A stretch of 64,000 nt of DNA from an uncultured Candidatus Binatia bacterium. Lineage in GTDB: Bacteria; Desulfobacterota; Binatia; UBA9968; JAJDTQ01. A program made the translations under genes and the position numbers. This document shows positions 14,255 to 23,500 of the stretch, in pieces (position 1 is the stretch's first letter; each line of letters begins with the position of its first letter). The stretch lies in assembly GCA_964291295.2 (NCBI GenBank), contig OZ219754.1, positions 224,001 to 288,000 of the forward strand, given 5' to 3'. The notes under the pieces were generated by a model. The model had not been told where the DNA came from, made no database searches, and worked only from the letters and a program-made list of their open reading frames with translations.

Positions 14255-14283
14255 GGCCCCGATGGGTTCTCGCCGTCGGGGCC
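14255..14283 (-). terminator. Possible intrinsic terminator downstream of tRNA-Asn
   Basis: GGCCCCGAYGG...CCGTCGGGGCC hairpin followed on the minus strand by GTGTCGTTTT. Confidence 0.4.
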
Positions 14284-14312
14284 TCGCGTCGAAAGTTCGC
14301 GGTGCGAGAGAT

Positions 14313-14388
<76 letters not shown>

Positions 14389-14432
14389 ACGACTCGTTGA
14401 AGCCAGAGCACTGAAGCTACCACACGACGGCT

Positions 14433-14927
14433 TCAATTTCCAGGAGCGGCGAAGCCGAGGCGCCTCAGTTCTTCGACCATGAGTTGTTGGTGCGTGGCGG
14501 GCCAGAAGATCCGGCGGCAGCCCGGGCAGGCCGAGAAGACATCCCGGGTCTCGAAGACGTGGGGAGGCACCTTGTCCCGGACCTCATCCCTGGCCACAGG
14601 CTGAAGCCGCTCGTTGCACTCGACGCACCGAGTCAGCAGACTCTTGAACGGATCCAGTCCGCAGGCTTTCACCACCTGATTCAGCTGTCCCCGGAAATGG
14701 TCGTCGTGGATGAAGAGACATCGGTCCGCATTCCGGCTGTACATCTTGCGGTCCCGGGTCAGGACGACGCGGTGCTCCCGCGTCGCCATGCGCACAAGGC
14801 CCCGCCCGGACAGGTGCTGGCCGTGGATGGCATCCTGGCCGATGATCCGCAGCCACCGGGCGAGCCGTCCCAACATCCGGTCCGCCGCGAACTTCAACTC
14901 GTCCTCCGGGCGTCTCACCGTGACCAT
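14433..14927 (-). CDS. Mut7-C RNase (PIN-like) domain protein
   Basis: DRMLGRLARWLR, LTRD, and RCxxCN...CxxC..IFW zinc ribbon. Confidence 0.88.
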   Translation of the reverse strand: MVTVRRPEDELKFAADRMLGRLARWLRIIGQDAIHGQHLSGRGLVRMATREHRVVLTRDRKMYSRNADRCLFIHDDHFRGQLNQVVKACGLDPFKSLLTRCVECNERLQPVARDEVRDKVPPHVFETRDVFSACPGCRRIFWPATHQQLMVEELRRLGFAAPGN

Positions 14928-14952
14928 GGACAGTCCCTTCGTTACCTGTCTC

Positions 14953-15285
14953 CTATCTTGGATCGATCAACTGATCGAGATGGATCCAGAGCACCCGGGA
15001 GTAGCGGAACAGGAACGGGGCGGACGCCAGGAGGATCAGGCACGACGCCAGATAGATGGCGGCGGCACCGAAGCCCGACAGCAGCATGGCGACGATGATG
15101 GGCAGGACCACGACAAGGGCGAGAGCGTAGCTGAAATACATGGCGCCGACAAAGTAACCCTGCTCGCGCTCGAACTCAAGGCCGCAGACCGGGCACTGGC
15201 GGTTCATCCGGAAGAGACTGGCAAAGACGGGGCCGGCGGTGCAACGGGGGCAGCGGAGTCGCATGATGGCCAGAAATTTTCTCAC
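14953..15285 (-). CDS. DUF983 family membrane protein
   Basis: RCPRC...CPVCG...EQGYFVGAMY followed by two TM helices. Confidence 0.8.
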   Translation of the reverse strand: MRKFLAIMRLRCPRCTAGPVFASLFRMNRQCPVCGLEFEREQGYFVGAMYFSYALALVVVLPIIVAMLLSGFGAAAIYLASCLILLASAPFLFRYSRVLWIHLDQLIDPR

Positions 15286-16382
15286 GGCGCCTCACAGAGT
15301 TGGTAGGCGGCGGCGTTTCCCCCGGGCCCGTTGGCGGAGCCGGCCACACGCGGCAACGCATCGAACGGGTCGTCCATGTCCCGGACGGCGGCGCGGATGG
15401 CCGCCACGGTCCTTGGGAGATGCCGGCGCTGCCGCTGGTAGAACTCTTCGAACCGCGCCAGGTCGGTGACGTAGAACAGACTCTGCAAAATCACGGCGTT
15501 GTCGAGCGGGCGCCGGCTGAAGGCGGCGCGGCGGTGACCCGGTCTGCCCTCCAGCGCCTTCGCCCACGCCTGCCGGGTTCGGGCGAACACGTGGTCACGG
15601 CGGCGAAGCTTCTCGGCCTCGGGAATCGTCCCGGCATAAAGCCTGCGCAGGCACCCCACCAGTTCCATCATGAGACCGGAGAACTCCAACTCATCCCGCC
15701 ATGCGCGCCGGGCCGCCACCGCCTCGGGGCGCCGGGCGCCATGGCGCCAAGTGAAGAAATCGATGGCGCCGCGCTTGCCGACAAAGTTGGCCAGGCTTTC
15801 ATTGAAGGCCACGGAGCCTTTCACGAACAACGTGCCGTGCAGCAACTCGTGCAGGACGATGTCGGCCAGGCGCACGCGGTTCAGCTTCAGCAGACGCCCG
15901 AGCAAAGGGTCGTCGAACCAACCCAGGGTGCTGAAGGCGCCGGCGGGCCGAATATGGGTGTCGTACCCCCGGGCGGCCAGGGCCCGGGCCTCCTTCCTGG
16001 CATCTTCCGGGTCGAAGTAGCCCTTGTAGGGCACATGGCCCACGAAAGGAAACCACCAGCTGTAGGGCTTCAGGGCGGTCTTGGGAGCGGCGGTGAGCAC
16101 GTGCACGAGCACCGGGCGATCGACGTAGGAATAGGTGGCGTAGCTGCCGCCAACGTCGAGACGCAACTGGTTCTCTGCGTATTCCCGGAGCTCCAGCACC
16201 ATCTCGAGCTTGCGGCGGACTTCCGGCTCGACCTCGTCCCCGGCCAGCATCGTCGTGATGGGCGTGCGGCGCCACAGGATGCGGCCCTCCTCGTAGGCGG
16301 CGCGGATGACGTATTCCGGAGAGCAGCCGCACAGGGCCAGCAGCAGGCACAGCCATGACAATCTCTTGAAGGTCGCCAGCAC
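15282..16382 (-). CDS. Putative zinc aminopeptidase (DUF2265-like), lipoprotein
   Basis: Lipobox-like LCGC, WWFPFVG.VPYKGYF, STLGWFDDP and HELLH...FNES. Confidence 0.85.
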   Translation of the reverse strand: MLATFKRLSWLCLLLALCGCSPEYVIRAAYEEGRILWRRTPITTMLAGDEVEPEVRRKLEMVLELREYAENQLRLDVGGSYATYSYVDRPVLVHVLTAAPKTALKPYSWWFPFVGHVPYKGYFDPEDARKEARALAARGYDTHIRPAGAFSTLGWFDDPLLGRLLKLNRVRLADIVLHELLHGTLFVKGSVAFNESLANFVGKRGAIDFFTWRHGARRPEAVAARRAWRDELEFSGLMMELVGCLRRLYAGTIPEAEKLRRRDHVFARTRQAWAKALEGRPGHRRAAFSRRPLDNAVILQSLFYVTDLARFEEFYQRQRRHLPRTVAAIRAAVRDMDDPFDALPRVAGSANGPGGNAAAYQLCEAP

Positions 16383-16431
16383 GTTGGTTTCCCCCGGCGC
16401 GACACGGACGGCGGGCTATGGACACCCGTCC

Positions 16432-18285
16432 CTACACGCGTGACGCCATGTCCGGCGTCCCGGGGGCGTCCGCACCGTCGTCCGCCCCCTGGAACTGCAA
16501 CTGGCGCAGCCGATAATAGACCCCGCGCCGGTCCATCAACTCCGCATGCGAGCCCATCTCGCGTATCACCCCTCGGTGGAAGACCACAATGCGGTCGGCA
16601 TTGCGAATGGTGGACAGGCGGTGGGCTATCACCAGGCAGGTACGGTTGGCCATGATCTTCTCGAAGGCGCCCTGCACCAGCAATTCGGTCTCGGTGTCGA
16701 CGCTGGACGTGGCTTCGTCCAGCACCAGGATCTCCGGGTCGACCACGAACATCCGCACCAGCGCCAGGAGTTGCCGTTGCCCGGCCGAGAGGTTGTTGCC
16801 CCGCTCGCGTACCGGAGCGCGCAGCCCGCCGGGCAGGCGCCGGACAAAACCCTCGGCGCTGGCGGCGCGCAACGCCGCACGGACCCGGTCTTCGGAAACA
16901 TCCGGATTGCCCAGCTTGAGGTTCGAAAGGATGTCCCCCGAGAACAGGAAAACGTCCTGGAGCACCACTCCCATGTGGCGCCGCAGGTCATCGAGCTTCC
17001 ATTCCCGGACGTCCCGACCGCCCACGCGCACCACGCCGCTGTCGACATCGTAGAAACGGCTCATGAGCTTGATGGTGGTGGTCTTGCCGGAACCGGTGGC
17101 GCCGATGACCGCCACCCGCTCGCCCGGCTCGATCCTGAAGGACACGCCCTTGAGCACGGGATCGCCGGGCCGGTAGCTGAACCAGACGTTGTCGAACTCC
17201 ACCGCGCCCCGGGACGGCCGGATCATCCCGGCGGCGGACGGCGGACCCGGGGACGATGCGGCCAGGGAAAGTGCCCGGCCAGGCGTCTCCACCGGCGTGT
17301 CCAGCAGAGCGAAGATTCGCTCGGCCGCGGTCATGGCCGCCTGGATGACGGCGTACTTGTTGCTGAAGTCGCGCAACGGCACGAACAGCCGGCGAATGTA
17401 CTCGCTGAAGGCCACGAACGTGCCGATGCCCACCACACCCTGCAGCACCTCGCCGCCGCCGTACCAGAGCAGCAACGCGATGCTCAACGACCCGGCGGCC
17501 TCCACCATGGAGAACAGCGACGCCTCGTAGACGTTGGATCGCTGGATGGCGTCGCGGTGGTCCCGGTTGAGGCCGTCGAACTCCTCGAAGCTCCGGGCTT
17601 GCCGGTTGAAGAGCTGGATCACGGCCATGCCGGGAATGGCTTCGCCGAGGTACGCGTTGACCCGCGCGATGCGCGTCCGGATCAGGCGGTAGGTCTGCCG
17701 CGCCTTGATGCGGAAAACATTGATGCCCAGCAGCAGCAAGGGAATCAGCGCCAGCGACACCAGGGCCAGTTCGAAGTGCAGCGACATCATGATGGCGACG
17801 ATGGCCACGATGAGAACCAGATCGGCCACCAGGTTCATGGCGCCGGCGGCGAACATTTCCTGCAGCACCTCCACGTCCGTGGTCATGCGGGTCATGAGCC
17901 GGCCCACCGGGTTGCGGTCGAAGTAGCGCATGGGCAGGCGCTGCACGTGGGAGAACAACGCGATGCGCAGGTCCGCGAGGCAGCGCTGCGCCACCTTCAT
18001 GGAAAGGTAGTACTGGAAGAAATAGGCCGTGGCCTCCGCTGCCAGCGCGCCGGCGAACAGCAGGCCGGTGCTCAGGAGGGTGAGGCGGTCGCCGGCGCCG
18101 ACCGCGTCGATGCCGGCCTTGAGGAGGAGCGGCTGGGCCAGGTTGAAGAATTCGTACACCGGCAGCAGCAGCAGCGACAGGAAGAAAAGCTTCCGGTGCG
18201 GCCGCAGGAACTGCCAGAGGCGCCGGGCCAAGACCAGATCATAGGCCTTGCCGGAAACGTCCTCCTGCTCTTTCGATGCATCCAT
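16432..18285 (-). CDS. ABC exporter, fused permease/ATPase
   Basis: TM domain plus GATGSGKT, LSAGQRQL, LDEATS and AHRLST. Start placed at MDASKEQ. Confidence 0.9.
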   Translation of the reverse strand: MDASKEQEDVSGKAYDLVLARRLWQFLRPHRKLFFLSLLLLPVYEFFNLAQPLLLKAGIDAVGAGDRLTLLSTGLLFAGALAAEATAYFFQYYLSMKVAQRCLADLRIALFSHVQRLPMRYFDRNPVGRLMTRMTTDVEVLQEMFAAGAMNLVADLVLIVAIVAIMMSLHFELALVSLALIPLLLLGINVFRIKARQTYRLIRTRIARVNAYLGEAIPGMAVIQLFNRQARSFEEFDGLNRDHRDAIQRSNVYEASLFSMVEAAGSLSIALLLWYGGGEVLQGVVGIGTFVAFSEYIRRLFVPLRDFSNKYAVIQAAMTAAERIFALLDTPVETPGRALSLAASSPGPPSAAGMIRPSRGAVEFDNVWFSYRPGDPVLKGVSFRIEPGERVAVIGATGSGKTTTIKLMSRFYDVDSGVVRVGGRDVREWKLDDLRRHMGVVLQDVFLFSGDILSNLKLGNPDVSEDRVRAALRAASAEGFVRRLPGGLRAPVRERGNNLSAGQRQLLALVRMFVVDPEILVLDEATSSVDTETELLVQGAFEKIMANRTCLVIAHRLSTIRNADRIVVFHRGVIREMGSHAELMDRRGVYYRLRQLQFQGADDGADAPGTPDMASRV

Positions 18286-18325
18286 TGCCACGCTGTTCCC
18301 GGACTGGCGACCGCCGCGCCGGTCC

Positions 18326-20074
18326 TCAGAGCTCGTCCAGCTCGTCCGACACCTGCTGGCGGCGGTACATCTGCGCGTACAGCCCGCCGGCCCGCAGCAG
18401 CGACTCGTGGTCGCCGCGTTCGACGATCCGGCCCTCATCCAGCACCAGGATCTCGTCGGCTTCCTTGATGACCGCCATGCGATGGGAGATGAGGATACAG
18501 GTCCTGCCCTTGAGCACACTCTCGAAGCCGTGGAGGATGCGCCGCTCGGTCTGCGAGTCCACGCTCGACAGACAGTCGTCCAGGATCAGGCATTCCGGGT
18601 CGGCCAGGATGGCGCGGGCCAGGGTCGCCCGCTGCTTCTGGCCGCCGGAGAGGGCGATGCCGCGCTCCCCCACGCGGGTGTCGAGGCCGTCCGGAAAGAC
18701 CTCCACCTCGCTTTCGAGATCGGCCGCGTCCAGGACCCGGCGCACCTCCCGCTCGCTGGCGCCGGCGTCGCCGAACTTCAGGTTTTCCTGGATGGAGGTG
18801 GAGAACAGGAACGGGTCCTGCGGCGCGTAGCCGATGGCGCCGCGCAACTCTTCCAGGGACAGCGCCCGGATATCGACGCCGCCCATGCGGATGGTGCCCG
18901 CGGTCACGTCGTGGAGCCGCGGGATCAGATGCGTCAACGTGCTCTTGCCCGCACCCGTACGTCCGACGATGGCCACCTTGCGGCCCGGCGGCACCTCGAA
19001 GCTCACCTCCTTCAGCACCGCCTCCCCATGGTCGGCGCCGTTGTAGGCGAACGACACCCTGTCGAACGCGATGCCCCGCTCCTTGTCACGCAGCGGCACG
19101 GGATGCTCGGGGTCGGCGATGGCCGGCTCCACCACAAAGATCTCCTCGAGCCGCTCCATGGCGGCGCGACCGCGCTCGAGCAGCGAGATCATCCAGCCAA
19201 AGGCGGCCATGGGCCAGGCGAGCACGTTCAGATACAGGATGAACGCCACCAGGTCGGCAACGCCGCTCTGCTCATGGATGATGAGCCAGCCGCCATACCA
19301 CAGCACCACCAGCACGGTGAGACCGTGCAACGCCACCATGATGGGGTTGATCATCCCACGGCAGCGGGCCAGGTCCAGGTTGCGCACCTGGTACTCGTCG
19401 TTCATCCCGGTGAACCCGGCGGTCTGGGGCACCGCCTGCACGTACGCCTTGACCACATGCATGCCGCTCAGGTTCTCCTGCACATGGGCGCTCATGCGCG
19501 ACATCTGCCGCTGGACCCGCAGCGACGCCCGCTGGATCCGCCCGCGGAACTGCAGGAACACCAGTGCCAGGAGCGTCAGGCACGCGCCCACCGCCAGCGT
19601 CAGACTCGGGTTCATGGCGAACATGAACACCGCCGCGTAGACGAAGTAGAGGGGCGTGTTCACCAGGTTGAGAACACCGGGACCCAGCAGCATGCGCACG
19701 GCATTGATGTCGTTGACGGCCCGGGACATGAGGTCGCCGGTCTTCTGTGACTGGTAATAGGCGAGAGGCAACTTCTCCAGGTGGGCGAAAAGGTCATTGC
19801 GCAGGTCGTACTCGACGTTCCGGCCGGCGTTGAAGATGATGGACCGGGAGAACGCGCGCAGCAGCCCGCCGCCCACCGCAGCCACCGCGATCCGCAGGAT
19901 GTAGCCGCCCAACTCGGACCCGGGGTCGCCGCGCTCGATGACATCAATGGCGCCCCGGACCCACCACGGCACCACCATGAGCAGGCTCGTGGTGCCGATC
20001 AGGCACACCCCGCCTGCCAGATAACGCCGCCGGTAGCGCCAGAGATAATCGGTCAACCGTGCAATGCCGGCCAT
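18326..20074 (-). CDS. ABC exporter, fused permease/ATPase (heterodimer partner)
   Basis: GRTGAGKS, LSGGQKQR and degenerate Walker B LDD. Confidence 0.9.
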   Translation of the reverse strand: MAGIARLTDYLWRYRRRYLAGGVCLIGTTSLLMVVPWWVRGAIDVIERGDPGSELGGYILRIAVAAVGGGLLRAFSRSIIFNAGRNVEYDLRNDLFAHLEKLPLAYYQSQKTGDLMSRAVNDINAVRMLLGPGVLNLVNTPLYFVYAAVFMFAMNPSLTLAVGACLTLLALVFLQFRGRIQRASLRVQRQMSRMSAHVQENLSGMHVVKAYVQAVPQTAGFTGMNDEYQVRNLDLARCRGMINPIMVALHGLTVLVVLWYGGWLIIHEQSGVADLVAFILYLNVLAWPMAAFGWMISLLERGRAAMERLEEIFVVEPAIADPEHPVPLRDKERGIAFDRVSFAYNGADHGEAVLKEVSFEVPPGRKVAIVGRTGAGKSTLTHLIPRLHDVTAGTIRMGGVDIRALSLEELRGAIGYAPQDPFLFSTSIQENLKFGDAGASEREVRRVLDAADLESEVEVFPDGLDTRVGERGIALSGGQKQRATLARAILADPECLILDDCLSSVDSQTERRILHGFESVLKGRTCILISHRMAVIKEADEILVLDEGRIVERGDHESLLRAGGLYAQMYRRQQVSDELDEL

Positions 20075-20323
20075 GACGTGAAGGAACGCGATGCTCCAGG
20101 TGTTTCAGGGAGTTGAACGGCCTTGGGGAGGCGGACAAACCCGAAGGCGCTTCCATTCAATTTAACCAGGAACCCGGCGAATTTCCAACGGCGTGGCAGG
20201 TGCGGGATCACAAGACGCGGGACTGAAGGGGGAAGTGGTTGCTTGCCACCCTCTTTCAGTTCTGAACGGGAATTTTCTGCTGTTTCGGGCCACCTCTTTT
20301 CGGTCATTTTTTCGGTTATTTTC

Positions 20324-20351
20324 TTGACAAACCGGTGGGAAAGGATAGTCT
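20324..20351 (+). promoter_or_regulatory. Putative sigma70 promoter of the giant autotransporter
   Basis: TTGACA-N16-TAGTCT preceded by T-tracts and a 12-bp doublet TTTTCGGT(C/T)ATT. Confidence 0.45.
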
Positions 20352-20562
20352 TGGGAACCCAATGCGTGTGAGCATTGGAGGCCGTGTAGGCATTGGAGTC
20401 TTGAGGCCGGGGGTTGGAGAGGGACGGAGGGGGAAGGACAGGCTGGGGAAGGGACAGGACGGATTCGAGGAGGGATTGATGATGGCACGTTTGAGAGGGA
20501 TTGCTCCCGCCGCGGGCGCTTTGGCATCGAGGAACAAGGCATCGGGGAACAAGGAGGGTTGG

Positions 20563-23500
20563 ATGGGATTGGGGAAGGGATTGCGAGGGATCATGCGGGG
20601 GTTTCTGGGGTTGTTGGCGGGAGTGGTGATGGTGGGGGGGATGGGGGAGACGGCTGGGGGGCAGGTGCTTCCGGAGTTGAGTTTTACGGGGGCGTTTCCG
20701 GTGAGTGGGGATCCGGGCACGAATGAGTGTCCGCGCGGGGAGGAGTTGGAGTCGAGCACGGACAAGGTGTGGGAAGGGGGATGGCTGGCGCTGCGAGTGG
20801 AGCGAGCGGCGACGCGGCGGGAGGCGGCGCGGATCGAGGTGGATTTCGAGATAGTGGGGGGATCGCAGGCGGGGAGGGCGGATTTGGGGACAGGGGGGAA
20901 CCTGCGGAACGTGGGGATCTTGTTTTATGAGAGCGTGATCACGGCGCCGACGCGGCATTGTCATTATGTGCAGATATTGAAGGACAAGAAGCTGGAGGGG
21001 AACGAGCGGTTGACGCTGCGGCTGAGGCCGAAGGGGTCGGTGTATACGGTGAAGGCGGGGAAGGACCGTCGTGACATCGAGATCGGGGAGGCGGGAGCGG
21101 GGATACGGTTGCGGTACCAGGATTTGGGGGTATTGGGAGGCGGGACGACGGGGCGTGGGTTCGTATTGAGGCTGGAGGCGGGGGTGGCGAGTGGAGCGGG
21201 GAACGCGTGTACGTTCGAGCGGGACCGTTCGTTTTCGCGGACGGTGAAGGTAGGGTGGCGAGTTTGGGACGGAGGGCGAGGGGATCTTCGTGGGGCGAGT
21301 TTGGGGGATTTCAATTTGCCGACGCGGGTGACGTTCAGGAGCGGGGTGGCGGTGGTGGAGGGTTCGGCGAGGGCGGATGGGGACCGGGAGTCGGAGGACT
21401 TCTGGATGGAGTTGGACTACAAGTATCGGGATCGAGTGAACCATCCGTATCCGGTGGTGCACTGCGAGTCGGCGGCGGATGCGCGGCGGTGGGGTCTGAC
21501 CCGGAGTTTTTTTGGGCCTGTGGGAGTGATCGCGCCGGTGCCGGGGGCGCCGGCGAAGCCTTTGGGTCTGACGGCGGGGGCGGTGGAGGATCGGGTGAAT
21601 TTGAGTTGGAGGGCGGCGACGGACGGGACGATCAAGGGTTGGAGGTACCGTCTGCGGGCGAAGGGATTGAGGAGTTGGGGGAGTGGGGTGGAGATGAGGG
21701 GGAGCGTGGCAGGGACGCGGGCGCACGCGGTGGACGGGTCGAGTTGGTGGGATGGGATAGCGACGGAGTTCCAGGTTCAATCGTACAACGACGGGGGCAG
21801 CAGTCCGTGGTCGGACACGGCGGTGGCGGTGGCGGTCAACCGGGACCGTCCGGCGCTGGTGATCAGCAAGGGACGGGTGAGTGTGGAGGAAGGGGAGACG
21901 GCGAGTTGGACGGTGGCGTTGAATGGCGGGGTTGGTGGGAGTGTGACGCTGGCGAGCAGCGCCAGTGGCACGGCGCGGGTGAGTCCGGCGGTGCTGACCT
22001 TCACGAGCGAGAACGCGCGGGTGCCGCAGACGGTGCGGGTGACGGGAGTGACGGCGGGGGAAGCGGAGGTGAGGCATGCGTTCACGCTGCCGGGAGCGAC
22101 GGCGGCGGCGGTGACGGATGCGGGGCGGGTGGCGGTGACGGTGACGGCGGCGGCGGTGCCGCTGCGTGCGCCGGCGAAGCCGACGGATTTGAGTGCGAAG
22201 GCGGTGGAAGACGAGGTGGGGCTGAGTTGGAAGGCGGCGACGGACGCGACGATCCAGGGGTGGCGGTATCGGTACCGGATGTTCGACTACTGGTATTCGG
22301 CGACGGACTTTCCGGGGAAGACGACGGCTTCGACGCGAAGCGGGAGCGTGTCGTTTGCGGCGTTTCTAGAGGGGATCACGCTGGAGTTCCAGGTACAGTC
22401 GTACAACGAGGCGGGGAGCAGTCCGTGGTCGAACACGGCGAAGACGGCGGTGGTCAACAGCGACCGTCCGGCGTTGTTGATCAGCGAGAGACGGGTGAGT
22501 GTGGAGGAAGGGGAGACGGCGAGTTGGACGGTGGCGGTGAACGGGACGTTTGACGGGAGTGTGACGCTGGTGAGCAGCGACAGCGGCAAGGCGCGGGTGA
22601 GCCCGTCGGTGCTGTACTTTGCCCACGCGACGGCCCAGACGCCGCAGACGGTGACGGTGACGGGAGTGACGGCGGGGGAGGCGGAGGTGAGCCACGCCTT
22701 CAGGGTGGATGGAGCATCGGTGCCGGTGGCTTCGGGTGCGAAGGATCGGGTGGCGGTGACGGTGACGGCGGCGGCGGTGCCGCTGCGTGCGCCGGCGAAG
22801 CCGACGGATTTGAGTGCGAAGGCGGTGGAAGACGAGGTGGGGCTGAGTTGGAAGGCGGCGACGGACGCGACGATCCAGGGGTGGCGGTATCGGTACCGGA
22901 TGTTCGACTACTGGTATTCGGCGACGGACTTTCCGGGGAAGACGACGGCTTCGACGCGAAGCGGGAGCGTGTCGTTTGCGGCGTTTCTAGAGGGGATCAC
23001 GCTGGAGTTCCAGGTACAGTCGTACAACGAGGCGGGGAGCAGTCCGTGGTCGAACACGGCGAAGACGGCGGTGGTCAACAGCGACCGTCCGGCGTTGTTG
23101 ATCAGCGAGAGACGGGTGAGTGTGGAGGAAGGGGAGACGGCGAGTTGGACGGTGGCGGTGAACGGGACGTTTGACGGGAGTGTGACGCTGGTGAGCAGCG
23201 ACAGCGGCAAGGCGCGGGTAAGCCCGTCGGTGCTGTACTTTGCCCACGCGACGGCCCAGACGCCGCAGACGGTGACGGTGACGGGAGTGACGGCGGGGGA
23301 GGCGGAGGTGAGCCACGCCTTCAGGGTGGATGGAGCATCGGTGCCGGTGGCTTCGGGTGCGAAGGATCGGGTGGCGGTGACGGTGACGGCGGCTCCGGTG
23401 CCGGAAACGCCTTCGGCGCCGAAGGGGTTTCGAGCGCGGCCCGGGGATGAGGCGGTGACGCTGTCGTGGGCGGCATCGGGGGATGGGTCGATCCGCAAGT

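Noticed and set aside
21545-23393. Diversity-generating retroelement TR/VR pair
   Set aside because: Differences between copies are not adenine-specific, and there is no reverse transcriptase in the window.
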